Shown: positions 38,679 to 49,277 of the stretch, piece after piece | How positions within the stretch are numbered: position 1 is the stretch's first letter | How the letters are laid out: every line of letters begins with the position of its first letter | Origin: Octopus vulgaris | Lineage: Eukaryota | Length of the DNA: 64,000 nucleotides | NCBI GenBank assembly: GCA_951406725.2 | Contig: OX597827.1 | Location: 45,012,001-45,076,000, forward strand | Direction: 5' to 3' | The notes under the pieces: model-generated | What the model saw: only the letters and a program-made list of their open reading frames with translations | Told to the model about the DNA's origin: nothing | Database searches by the model: none | Translations under genes and position numbers: made by a program

Positions 38679-40639
38679 GTATGTGTGTGTGTGTGTGGAC
38701 TGGGTGCTTTAAGTGGTATCTGCACTGACAGGGTCACCAATTACTTGCAAGACAACACACACACACACACACACGCATGCACGCACGCGATGGTTTTTCT
38801 GCATTCTTGGTCTACCAAATTCTGCCACAAAGCCTCGGGCTACAGTAGAAGGCATTTAATCAAAGTGCTACACTGTGAGATTGAACTTGAAACCATGTAC
38901 TTAAGAAGCAAAATACTTAACAACATAACCACACCTCTGCCAGTTAACTTAGATATTATAAAATTTTTTCTTAAACATGAAGAAAATCTGAAAAATTATG
39001 ATCATATTAGGAATCCTTCTTTCTAGAACCTTTATTCATGTTATTCTTCTTATTTTCTTTCTAGGAGCAAATGGAGAATTTTAAAGAAGAATTTATCATG
39101 AAAAACATTGTCGAGAAAGAGAAAGAAGAGAAATCGTATCCTTAAATTCTTTACTAACTTTGGTCTCTATGACAACCAATACATATGTGTTCTTGTAATT
39201 TCATGACGTTGTTGTTGATGATAATGTTGGTGTTGTAAAGAGGGAGTTGATGAAAAAAAAAAAAAGGACCCTGCCTATTGTTGTTATTGTTGAACTCAAG
39301 TGGGTCCCTGTCAGAGCAGACTTATGATTTCAAGACATTTCAGCCATCACCTTCTTGCCTTCTTTTCAAATAGGGTATTTCTAGGGATTCATTATAGCGT
39401 TATTCTTTTTTCTTCAAGATGTTAGGGTGTAATTTGAGAGAATTTTGGCTGCTATTTCTAACAGGTTGAATGATTGTACAGAGGACCTCTCATTGGCTCA
39501 TTATGTCCAGCAACAGCTGTTGTTGTTGTTTGGACCATGGTCAGCCCTGAATGGGCTGATCTGATGTCATATGCATTAGGGTCATGCCGATCCTACTTTT
39601 CTTGTTAAGGCAGCCTAGGGTGGTTTTACTACCTGGCCGGCTCCTGTCAACCGACCTACCCATGCATGCATGGAAGATGGACATTAAACGATGATGATGA
39701 TAGAAATAACTAAGCATCAGTTTGGATTATATAAAGCTTTATTTTATATTTTAAAAAATTCTACAGTGCACTTGGATACCCTTTACAATACACCAGTGCT
39801 TTGCAGTGCATTGTTGGAAAACCGATGATTCTCTGTCTCGAAAAAACTTGAAGGACGTCTATTGGTTGGTCATAATTGTGAATCTTCAAGTAAGGGACAT
39901 AACTCTACACTTTTCAAGTTGGGTGAATCGTATAAAACCTTTCTCATTGGTTCATGTGTGTGTGTGTGTGTTGCACGTGTGGTGATGCAGTGTTTAGTTA
40001 GTCTTCGTTTCCTGTTAGTGTAAAATCTTCCTTGACTCTTTAATCTCTCAGTCTCTTCAACTGGCTGCCTTGCCTCCACCATCACTGCTACAAGGCTCAC
40101 GTTGGCCCCATTGCTGGGAAGTCGTCACTCCACCATGCGATGCGGAAACTCTATAAGTTAGAGAAGGCAAAGTTAGACGTTGCGCAACCAGCATGAAAAG
40201 GAAACAGAGGTGGGGACGGAGGTGGGGAGCGGGGGTAAGAGAGAAGAAGAGGAAGAGGAAGAGAACAAGAATAGGATAAAATAACAAGAAATAACAAACA
40301 AACAAATAGAAAAACACGTTTATGTTTTAAATAATTGAGAGGCAATACCAGCATGAAAGAAAAAAAAAATTCAATAATTAGTGTTGATATACTGGGTTGG
40401 CCATAAGTCACCCAACAGCAAATCAAAATTCCATAAATACTTTCTGTTATTCCGTATTGACTCGAATGGAAAAATGTGTCGCTCAAAAAGGACTTCAGCT
40501 TGAACAATTTTCATGTTGTTCTATATTTAGATGCTTTTATTTAAATTAATTCAGTTGTTAAACATAAATAAATCTTGGAATTAAAAGGTTTTGATTTACT
40601 GTCAAGTGACTTTTGGTCAACCCTGTGTGTATGTGTGTT

Positions 40640-40672
<33 letters not shown>

Positions 40673-43600
40673 TTGGCCAAAAGTCCCCTGACAGTAAATT
40701 AAAATTCCATAAATACAATCTGTGATTCTGTATATTTGAATGGGAAAATGTGTCACTCAAGAAGGACTTCAGTTTGAACAATTTCCATAATTGAACATAA
40801 ATTTTCATAATTAAACATAAATAAATCTTGGAATGAAATGGTTTTGATTTACTGTCGGGTGACCTTTGGCCAGCTCTGCATTTAATGAATGCAAAGGCGG
40901 TGTGCTTGGCAGAACTGTTACCTCATTGGACAATAAAGCCTAGCAGTATTCCTTCCAACTTTATGTTCTGAGTTCAAATGCTGCCAAGGTCAACTTTGTC
41001 TTTCATCCCTTCAGGGTCAATAAAATAAATACCAGTTGAACGTTGAGGTCGATGTAATTGACTTAGCCCCACCCCTCAAAACTGCTGGCCTTGTGTTTAA
41101 AATTTGAAACCAATGTATTAAATGAGCAGAATATTAATATACGGTAACAAATACTGTTTTTGATGGCATAAAAGACACATAGGAGTATTAGATACACCCC
41201 CACAATTTCATCATCATCATCATCATCATCATCATCGTTTAACGTCTGCTTTCTATGCTGGCATTTATTCATTCATTCATCTAATTTTCTCCCAGGTTGG
41301 CTGACCGAAAACTATTGGTTATAGCTCTAGTTAAGAATGCAAATACCCAATTCTATCTCATAATTATTATTACTATTCTTTCACACTGGCAGCCTGAGTT
41401 TTTGCTGTTTGACGGTGCCCAGTTCTATCTCATTATTATCACTACATCCGTGTATCATCAACATCATCGTTTAGCGTCCGCTTTCCATGCTGGCATGGGT
41501 TGGATGGTGCAACTGAGGTCTGGGAAGCCAGAAGGTTGCACCAGGCCCAGTCTGATCTGGCAATGTTTCTACGACTGGATGCCCTTCCTAACACCAACCA
41601 CTCCATGAGTATATATTCAAGAAAAGTAGTTTTTAGTGTATTAAAGCTTATGGGAGGCCCAAATTCACATATAGAACCCAGGGTGGTTATTTTGAAACGT
41701 CTTTTTGGAGGAAAAGTGCATTTTATATTCCTTCATATATGAGGAGGTGCTAGAAAGTTCTTGGCTTTGGGTAAAAGAAAATGCAGGAGGATTAGTTAAT
41801 TATGATTTTATCTAATATATTCCCCTCTCAGATTCACACACTTATTGCAGTGATCCTACAGTTTTTCTAAGCCTTGTAAAGAACTTGGAAGGTTGGGCCT
41901 TCAACCATGCCTTCCACGATACCCTTAAAGCCAGGAACTTTGCAGTATTTCCTCATATGATAATTGTAAGGTGAAGACTACAAATTATTTTGGTAAATAA
42001 ATTGTTAATGCTATTTTATGTGTCTAACAAATTTGTTTTTGTTGTTGCTAGATGAGGGAGTGAGGGGAAGAGCCTGTGGCTTTTGCAAGTTCTCCTACAC
42101 TGGGAGATTGGTGTTACTATTCCCCTTGAGCTTCTGTCAATCAATACCTGTGGGAAAGTCATGGACAGAGAGGGAATTCCAGTGATTGAAGGGAGGAAGG
42201 GCTGTGTTTAATTGTTAGTGCAGCATCTGGTGGTGGTAAGGCACAACAAAGGTGCTGAGAGGAGGGAGACCTGTAGGAAAGGAATGCCTGAGTGAGAGTG
42301 ACATGAGCCCAGTTAGCTTCAAGGAGCAGAGGCCATTATAGTAGTGGTAGGAAAGACAGAAGGAGAGGAAACAGTATGCCTCTGGGCCAGAGGCTGGATC
42401 AGCTGTGAATGACTTGATACCACATTGGATGCTTTTTCTGGATGCCTTGCTATATTTAGTTGCAACTCTTTACGTTCTGTGTTCAAATCCTGTTGAAGTT
42501 GATTTTTGCTTTTCTTCCTTCTGGAGTTTGATAGAATACAGTATCAGTTAAATACTGTAGTTGTTATGATTGAAGAATATCCAAGTTTGAAGCATCATTG
42601 TGTCTAGTTTAGGAGTCTAATATTTTGATTATTTTTGGTAAGCATGGGTGACAACTGTGGGTATGTTTTGATCTGTGAGCATCATCATCATCAGCAGCAT
42701 CCTCACCATCATCATCATCACTTAACATCCCATTTTTCATGTTTACATGGGTCAGACAAAATTCGTTGAGGCAAATTTTTATGGTCAGATGCCTTTGCTG
42801 TTGTCAACCGTCACCTGATTCCAAGTAAGGTAATATTTCACGATGGCTAGACATGTTTTTTATGGAAGATTAGATATGAACAAAAGTAATGATAATTTAC
42901 AAAGGTACACACACACACACACATGTATGTAGAGGCATATTGGTTAGTGGGATGTTGCACTCCTGATCTTAACATTGTAGTTTCGATTCCTGGACTTGGA
43001 GGTACATTGTATCCTTGAGCAAAACTCTTCATTTCACATTACTCCAGTTCATTCAGCTGGCAGATATAAGTAATCCTGTGACAGACTGGTTCCCTGTTTT
43101 AGAGGGGAATATATATGCCACAGAATTTGGGAAACCAGCCTCAGAAAAGTCCTTTGGTCATTTGACAGACATGCACAGACATGGCTGTATAGTTAAGAAA
43201 CTTAGGTCCCAACCACTTAGTTCTGATTTCAGACCCATTGTGTCACACCTTGAGTAAGTTTCTTCTGCTATAGCCTTGTGACTGGATTTGGGAGATTGAA
43301 ACCGAAAGAAGCCCATTCATCATCATTGTATAACGTCCGTTTTCCATGCTAGCATGGGTTGGACGGTTCGACCGGGGTCTGGGAAGCCAGGAGGCTGCAC
43401 CAGGCTCCTGTCTGATCTGGCAGTGTTTCTACAGCTTGGATGCCCTTCCTAACACCAACCACTCTGTGAGTGTAGTGGGTGCTTTTTATGTGCCACTGGC
43501 ACAGGGGCCAGAGGAGGCTGGCAAACAGCCACGATCAGTCGGTGCTTTTTACGTGTCACCAACATGGGCGCCAGTCAGGTGGCCACGTTCGGATGGTGCT

Positions 43601-46356
43601 TTTTACATGTCACTGGCATGGGTATCACAACTGCAATTTCCATTTGATTTTTACTTTGATGTTGATGTACTTGACTCAGTAAGTCTCCTCAAGCACAGCG
43701 GGTCACCCTATGATCCAAGGTTAGCACAGCAGGCCATCCTGCAAGCCATGAATTCATTTCATTTGTCGGGTCTTCGCAGTCACAGCATATCTCCAGAGTT
43801 CTTGGTCTTTCGTCATAGCCTCTGTGAGGCCCAGTGTTCGAAGGTCATGCTTGACCACCTCATCCCATGTCTTTCCTGGGTCTACATGGGAAGCCCATTG
43901 TGAAATATATATATTTATAAAATGTGTGAGCTTTTACTCTTCTAGCAAGGTTGGTTTTCTTGGTTGGTGTGTATGATGTGATGAGTAATGCCTTGTCCAC
44001 CCTTACCAGCATAGAAAATCATGTAAAATGGTGCTATATAGCTTGTATGTGTGTATGTATATATTTTTCTCTATGCATGTATATGTGTGTGTATATGTAT
44101 GAATATATTTTTATCTGTATGCATATGTGTGTGTAAATAAGCTGTATTACATATCTGTAGTCAGAGGTTTTAAAAATGTTTTGTGTAATTGAATGTGTGT
44201 ATGTGTGTGTTTGTGTGCATGTGTGTGTGTGTATTTCAGATATATTACACATGTTTATTATCATTGGCCAGTATCTTTTTGAGCTTCTGTTTCTTTTTAA
44301 AATGTTGATTTCTAAGCTACCATTCCTTAACGAGCTTCCAGGATGCTTAATTGGCTTGTCAGTTTACACAACCACACCTTTGGTTACGTGGACGACGAAG
44401 GTAAACGGTTACCTACAGCTATGTATGGGGCACAGAAGAACCTGAAGACAGCAGAAGCTAATTCTCTAAGCAGTGTAAGTTTGTCAGATATTTCAACTAG
44501 ATTGCGGCTTGCTGTTTAACCCTTTAGCATTCAGACTGGCCATGTCCAGCCCAAATATTTAACTTGTTTTATCTTCAAACCGTCCAGATCTGTCCTCTCA
44601 CACTTACCCTACAATGTCATTTTAAAAATTAAACAATCACATCATTGAAATCTCAAAGCTGAGAGCTAAAGCATGATTAATTCAAAATAATATGAATAAA
44701 TAAGCGTTACATTCGACAGAATAATCCGAATGTTAAAGGATTAAAACAAGAAGCCTGTATCATAGAACCAAGAGTGGTCTCAGATGGGTTGCTATCAAAA
44801 GGGGTTAAATATAGGCGTAGGAGTGGCTGTGTGGTAAATAGCTTGCTTACGAACCACATGGTTCCGGGTTCAGTCCCACTGCGTGGCACCTTGGGCAAGT
44901 GTCTTCTACTATAGCCTCAGGCTGACCTTGTGAGTGGATTTGGTAGACGGAAACTGAAAGAAACCTGTCATGTATATATATATACTAGCAGTATCGCCCG
45001 GCGTTGCTCGGGTTTGTAAGGGAAATAACTATAAAGCATTTTTAGAGAGTTATAGCCAAAAAATAGCAAAAAAATGGAAAAAAAATGATGGTAAATTTTT
45101 TTTTGAGAGTTAAAAGGGTCGAGTTGCGTCCCCTAGACAGTCTGTGGTTTGTGTTTCTGATTCTCGACCCCATGTTGAATTTATTGATTTTTTTTCAGAA
45201 CTGGGGGAACTTTTCAAAATTTTTGCTGCGTTAGTTTTGAATTATGACATTGGGCTATGAGTGTGTCAAGTTTCATCAGAATCGGTTGAAAGCCGTGGTC
45301 AGGGTGAGGGTACAACCTGACAGACACACAGACACACACACAGACAAACTGCCGTTTATATATAGAGAGATATATATATGTATGTGTATATGTTTGTGTG
45401 TCTGTGTTTGTCCCCCCACCATCGCTTGACAACTGTTGGTGTGTTTACATCCTCGTAACTTAGTAGTTCGGCAAAAGAGTCTGAGAGAATAAGTACTAGG
45501 CTTACAAAGAATAAGTCCTGGGTTCGATTTGCTCAACTAAAAAGGTGGTGCTCCAGCATGGCCACAGTCAAATGACTGAAACAAGTAAAAGAGTAACGAG
45601 AATATATTCAAATGAACTTAACCTACCAGCTGAAAGAGCTAATCATTTAGCATTTAAACCTACCATATCCATCCCAAATATTCTCCTTGTTTTATGTTCA
45701 GACTGGTCAAATCTTGCCTTTCACACCTAACCTACAATGTCGTTTTAAAAATTAAACAATCACATTATTGAAATCTTAAAGCTGAGAGATAATGCATGAT
45801 TAATTAAAAATAATGTGAATAAATAAGCATTTCATTTGACAGGAGAATCTGAATGCTAAACGGTTAACCTCAAGTTGTCCTTAATTCTGTTTTTGACCAA
45901 AAACCATTCCAACATTGGCCATTTCATCTTTTTGTTTTCTTTTAGGAGTATCTAGGACTTCATAAATTCCTTGTCTAACTCTTTTGTTTCCATATTTCTG
46001 TGGAAATACATGGCTCTTGTTGCATTAATTCACCCCATTCTATGAACCAAACTACATCTCATCATACACTTTGCTTGTCTTCCACCTCCACCTGATCCTG
46101 CAGCCCAACGCCACTTTGTCATCTCTCTCTCTCCTGACTGTCCCCTGGAAAACTGTATCACTGGTATCTGACCACTCCCCTATATATCTGTATCCACCAC
46201 CCACTGAATTTTTCCCTTCTCCTCCCCTCTCTTCCACTTCCCATTTTCATTCTCATGAACTCCCTACACACTCACTCTGTCCAATCTTCAGTACCATTCC
46301 TCCACTTACATTCACCTCCCTTTCACCTGAGGGTAACCCCTGGCTCATCCTCACCA

Positions 46357-46399
<43 letters not shown>

Positions 46400-47110
46400 A
46401 CTGGGGTATCCAGTGTCTTTCCTCTATAGCAAAGCCATCTCCTTCAATACCACACTCTCTCCCAGTTGAGGCAGTCTTTTACTTGGTGTCCTTGCTGTTA
46501 TTGGTGCCAAGTAAAAACCACCCAGTACACTTTGTAAAGTGGTTGGCATTAGGAAGGGCAGCATCCAGCCATAGAAACCATGCCAAAACTGACAGTAGAG
46601 CTTGGTGCAGTCCTCCGGCTTAACCAACCCTTTCAAACCATCAATGCCAACGTGGAAAAATGGATGCTAAATGATGATGATAATGATATATATGACAGGC
46701 TTCCACACAGTTTCCATCAACCAAATTTACTCACAATGCATTGGTCAGCCCAGGGCTATTGCAGAAGACACTTGGCCAAGGTACTGTGCAGTGGGACTGA
46801 ACCTGAAGCTACATGGTTGTAAAGCAAGTTTTTTTAACCACTCAGCCATGTCTGCTGCACATGGAATAAAAAAGAGAAAATTTCTTCCTTCATTGCACCT
46901 GGGAAATTTTGGGTTTGTCATTGTTGTCGTCATCACAATCATCATCATCATTGTCGTCACCCCCACTACTGCCCTTCACCCCCCCTCCAGCAGCATGTCT
47001 TAAGTTATAGCTTTGAACATTTTGACCATCTTTTTCTTTCTGTTTCTTCTTCAGGGACCAGCAGATGCTAATGAAAATACTGGGACTAACACCACAAATG
47101 ACAGAACAGA

Positions 47111-47144
<34 letters not shown>

Positions 47145-47285
47145 GCAGACACAACTACTGATGTGGCCTCTACTACTACAACTGCCACTGCCACCATAGA
47201 TACTACTACAGATACTACTACTGCTACATTTAGTGACGATGAAGTTGAGCAGAAAGTTCCTGAGTCAATGAGAAAGCTTTCATAA
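19392..47285 (+). CDS. PUS1: PUS1, tRNA pseudouridine synthase A/1 (TruA family); 17 coding exons, 1482 nt, 493 aa
   Basis: The spliced translation has the PUS1 hallmarks in order: [19 protein letters not shown], catalytic motif [104 protein letters not shown]. All exon phases are compatible. Confidence 0.96.
19876..20088. mobile_element. Tc1/mariner-type MITE
   Basis: TA|TGAGGGGTTGCTGAAAAGTTCCT ... AGGAACTTTTCAG..CCTCCTCA|TA. Second copy at 41740-41955. Confidence 0.75.
20251..20352 (+). CDS. PUS1: PUS1 coding exon 2: [34 protein letters not shown]
   Basis: gtAG| acceptor, AAA|GTGAGT donor, open phase 0-0. Confidence 0.85.
22022..22085 (-). ncRNA. Type I hammerhead ribozyme motif
   Basis: Minus strand reads CCAC CTGAAGA ATGTCT..AGACAT GAAA CGATCG TA GTGG. 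Stem I CCAC/GTGG, stem II 6 bp, palindromic stem III, GUA triplet. Confidence 0.75.
22217..22465 (+). mobile_element. Retroposon family C: internal ~60-bp GGTGGCACGTAAAAAGCACC repeats and a (GAT)n tail
   Basis: Conserved 3' end GGTTGGCGTTAGGAAGGGCATC...CCAACCCATGCTAGCATGGAAAGCGGA.GTTAAACGATGATG. Copies at ~24250-24553, 28196-28710, 31616-31990(-), 36598-36888, 43317-43885(-), 48675-49092. Confidence 0.8.
22679..22773 (+). CDS. PUS1: PUS1 coding exon 3: [31 protein letters not shown](V)
   Basis: ccAG| acceptor, GT|GTGAGT donor (phase 2). Motif I region. Confidence 0.95.
23114..23370. mobile_element. hAT-like MITE with 8-bp TSD
   Basis: CAGTGGTTTTTTACC ... GTTGAGAACCACTT. Flanks GTATAGAT / GTATAAAT. 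Confidence 0.75.
24004..24097 (+). CDS. PUS1: PUS1 coding exon 4: [31 protein letters not shown]
   Basis: ttctAG| acceptor, AAG|GTAAGT donor. TIE motif. Confidence 0.95.
24125..25090. mobile_element. hAT-like MITE carrying nested family C retroposons
   Basis: CAGTGGTTCCCAGCC ... GTTGAGAACCCCTG, flanks ATCTACAC / ATCTATGC. Two oppositely oriented family C copies lie inside. Confidence 0.65.
25694..25762 (+). CDS. PUS1: PUS1 coding exon 5: [23 protein letters not shown] (catalytic Asp)
   Basis: tttttcAG| acceptor, RTDKGV catalytic motif. The 3' boundary is non-canonical (see findings). Confidence 0.93.
25763..27060 (+). other. Non-canonical AT-AC intron with a U2-like donor
   Basis: AAG|ATAAGT ... 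TTTTTTTTTTAC|ATG joins SLK to [13 protein letters not shown] in frame. There is no AG in the 44 nt upstream of the conserved exon. Confidence 0.7.
26390..26962 (+). mobile_element. 5'-truncated RTE-like LINE 3' fragment
   Basis: Translation [24 protein letters not shown]...[10 protein letters not shown]...[10 protein letters not shown] is typical of RTE/L2-group C-termini. (CAAGA)n tail. Confidence 0.7.
27061..27130 (+). CDS. PUS1: PUS1 coding exon 6: [23 protein letters not shown](G)
   Basis: Conserved LN..LP..IR motif. TTAG|GTAAGT donor, phase 1. The 5' boundary follows AC. Confidence 0.88.
27889..27989 (+). CDS. PUS1: PUS1 coding exon 7: [33 protein letters not shown]
   Basis: ttttgtAG| acceptor, GAG|GTATGT donor. 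RTYxY motif IIa. Confidence 0.96.
30260..30287 (+). CDS. PUS1: PUS1 coding exon 8, a 28-nt micro-exon: NVVLDYRIE(E)
   Basis: Long pyrimidine tract with ccAG|, AAG|GTAAGC donor. Supplies the conserved YR and the required phase 0 to 1 shift. Confidence 0.88.
31987..32063 (+). repeat. 21-bp tandem repeat, about 3.7 copies
   Basis: (CCTCAACAGGTYTTCGCAAGT)n at the edge of a family C element. Confidence 0.9.
32585..32663 (+). CDS. PUS1: PUS1 coding exon 9: [25 protein letters not shown](R)
   Basis: ttcAG| acceptor, CG|GTAAGA donor. GTHNFHNFT motif. Confidence 0.96.
33749..33794 (+). CDS. PUS1: PUS1 coding exon 10: [15 protein letters not shown]
   Basis: tttAG| acceptor, GAG|GTAAGT donor. DPSA.RYI motif. 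Confidence 0.95.
34472..34565 (+). CDS. PUS1: PUS1 coding exon 11: [31 protein letters not shown](G)
   Basis: ttttcAG| acceptor, G|GTACGC donor. Motif III. Confidence 0.95.
35019..35100. repeat. Near-perfect inverted repeat with 35-bp arms and a 12-nt loop
   Basis: CTTATGCTAGAAGTAGATCTGCTATGGTCTTACCA / TGGTAAGACCATAATAGATCTACTTCTAGCATAAG. Confidence 0.95.
35161..35231 (+). CDS. PUS1: PUS1 coding exon 12: [23 protein letters not shown]
   Basis: ttttccAG| acceptor, AAA|GTAAGT donor. Confidence 0.95.
36003..36047 (+). CDS. PUS1: PUS1 coding exon 13: [15 protein letters not shown]
   Basis: tttacAG| acceptor, AGG|GTAAAG donor. AP.GL motif. Confidence 0.96.
37683..37992. mobile_element. hAT-like MITE
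   Basis: CAGTGGTTCCCAAAGT ... AGTTTGAGAACCACTG terminal inverted repeats. Confidence 0.7.
38515..38589 (+). CDS. PUS1: PUS1 coding exon 14: [25 protein letters not shown]
   Basis: gtctAG| acceptor, GAT|GTAAGT donor. Confidence 0.96.
39065..39135 (+). CDS. PUS1: PUS1 coding exon 15: [23 protein letters not shown](S)
   Basis: tttctAG| acceptor. Ends at a U12 donor, TC|GTATCCTT. Confidence 0.94.
39136..44341 (+). other. U12-type (minor spliceosome) GT-AG intron
   Basis: Donor GTATCCTTAA. Branch site TTCCTTAAC at 44323-44331, ending 10 nt before the end of the intron (CAG|). Phase 2 join TC|G ATG restores S-M-L-N-W-L. Confidence 0.93.
40390..40880. mobile_element. Two adjacent Tc1-like MITE copies (~40390-40627 and ~40667-40880)
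   Basis: TIR pairs GGGTTGGCCATAAGTCAC / GTGACTTTTGGTCAACCC and GAGTTGGCCAAAAGTC / GACCTTTGGCCAGCTC. The internal sequences are similar to each other. Confidence 0.7.
44342..44474 (+). CDS. PUS1: PUS1 coding exon 16: [44 protein letters not shown]
   Basis: Conserved M..WL..L..H.F motif. AGT|GTAAGT donor, phase 0. A possible alternative donor lies at 44400/44401. Confidence 0.85.
44985..45370 (-). mobile_element. Non-autonomous Helitron inserted in the (TA)n of a family A SINE
   Basis: On the minus strand it starts with TC and ends with CTAG, between A and T. Subterminal hairpin CCCGGCGTTGCTCGGG just inside the CTAG end. The host SINE resumes after 45370. Confidence 0.75.
47055..47285 (+). 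CDS. PUS1: PUS1 last coding exon: Thr-rich acidic tail [10 protein letters not shown]...PESMRKLS*
   Basis: Strong acceptor tttcttcttcAG|, phase 0 compatible, open to TAA at 47283-47285. Low complexity, so homology does not support it. Confidence 0.7.
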
Positions 47286-47939
47286 TAATAATAATAATAA
47301 TAGTAATAATAACAATCATAAGGATAATCATATAATAATAATGATGATGATGATGATGATTTGTATAAAGACTTACAGGAAGAAGAAAAAAAATCCTGAA
47401 TCATTAAAAATCGTTTTTAAAAAAAATATTTTCTTTATGAATTTTGTGTTAGGATTCATTTTAGTTTTTAAAAATCTTTACCGTTTTAGTTCAGTGGTTC
47501 TTAACCTGGGTTCTTATGACCCTTGAGGGTTCATATAAGATTTTGTTGTTAAAATTTATAAATTTTAGGTGCGGGTGTGTTTATAGGCACAGGCCTGGCT
47601 GTGTTGTATGAAGTTTGCTTCCCAACCACATGGTTCTGGGTTCAGACCCACTGTGTAGCATCTTGGACGAGTGTCTTCTATTATAACCTTGGGCTGACCA
47701 AAGCTTTGAATGGATTTCACATGAAAAATGAAAGAAATCCGTTGTATATTGAAGTGTGTGTCTGTGTTTGTCCCCTTCCACCCATTGACAATTGGTGTTG
47801 GTATGTTTATGCCCCTATAAAGAAACCAGGCATGTGCCACCAGTAATTACTCAGGGCAGGCAGTTGCTGACCTTTATGTAGTAAAACACACAAAAAATAT
47901 AGCACATAAAGAAAACGTAGGAATGTACACAGCAGTACT

Positions 47940-48235
47940 GGAAGCACTCCGTCGGTTACGACGACGAGGGTTCCGGAACAGCCTGCTCGTGAAATTAACG
48001 TGTAAGTGGCTGAGCACGTGTACCCTTCAGCATGACACAGAGAGTGACAAGGCCGGCCCTTTGAAATACAGGTACAACAGAAACAGGAAGTAAGAGAAAG
48101 TTGTGGTGAAAGAGCTCGTGGAACTTTTAGGTGTTTTCGCTCAGAAAACACTCACAACGCCCGGTCTGGGAATCGAAACCGCGATCCTACGACCACGAGT
48201 CCGCTGCCCTAACCACTGGGCCATTGCGCTTCCAC
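47940..48235 (-). mobile_element. tRNA-derived SINE (a further family) with a 14-bp TSD
   Basis: Minus-strand head GGAAGCGCAATGGCCCAGTGGTTAGGGCAGCGGAC...GGTTTCGATTCCCAGACC (A and B boxes). TACACAGCAGTACT at both 47926-47939 and 48236-48249. Confidence 0.85.
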
Positions 48236-49208
48236 TACACAGCAGTACTATGTGTAGCTTAAATACTGAGATTGAAAGGCAGGGGCGAATTATGCTTACT
48301 TAATCTACAAAAAAATAAAATATTATATATCAGGTACGTACTGACAGTAATTACTCAGGGTAGGCAGTTGGTGCCATTTATGTAGTAAAGCACAAAATAA
48401 GTGAGCTGGAGGTATATTCACTTATGCCTTTATAGTACATAAAGAAAACGTTGTAGGAATGTACACAGCAAGTGTACTACAGTAGTACTGTGCGTAGCTT
48501 AAATAATGAGATTGCAAGGTAGGAGTGAATTATGCCTACCTAATCTACAAAAAAATAAAATATTTTGCATTTTATGCATAGTAATCAGAGTAACCTTCAT
48601 AATTTTTATTGAATTTGGTGCATATTTTGCCATGAGAGGAAAATGTTGCTATCGATCTATTTTATTCAAGGTCAACGTGCGTGATCATTGCCAGAGCAGC
48701 TGACTGGCTTCCGTACCGGTGGCACGTAAAAAGCACCATTTGAGCGTGATCGTTACCAGCGCCGTCCTACTGGCACTTGTGCAGGTGGCACGAAAAATAT
48801 TCGAGCGAGGTCGTTGCCAGTGCCGCTGGACTGGCTCATGTGCAGGTTGCACGTAAAAAACATCATTTGAGCGAGGCCGTTGCCAGTACCACTTGACTGG
48901 CCCTTGTGCCGGTGGCACGTAAAAGCATCCACTACACTCTCGGAGTGGTTGGCGTTAGGAAGGGCATCAAGCTGTTGAAACTGCCAGGTCAGATTGGAGC
49001 CTGGTGCAGCCATCTGGTTCGCCAGTCCTCAGTCAAATCGTCCAACCCATGCCAGCATGAAAAGCGGACGTTAAACGACGATGATGATGATGAGGAGGCA
49101 CTGCCTACTTTGCCTACTCAGGATGCACGTGCCTGAAAGAAACCAATAGAGTGGGTACAAGGCTTTAAAGAAGATAACTACGGGGGCCAGTTCACTTAAG
49201 TAAATGCT

Positions 49209-49277
<69 letters not shown>

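Noticed and set aside
48160-48235. tRNA-like sequence on the minus strand, and similar heads elsewhere
   Set aside because: It has A and B boxes but no proper acceptor stem and continues into a SINE body with a TSD. Not a tRNA gene.
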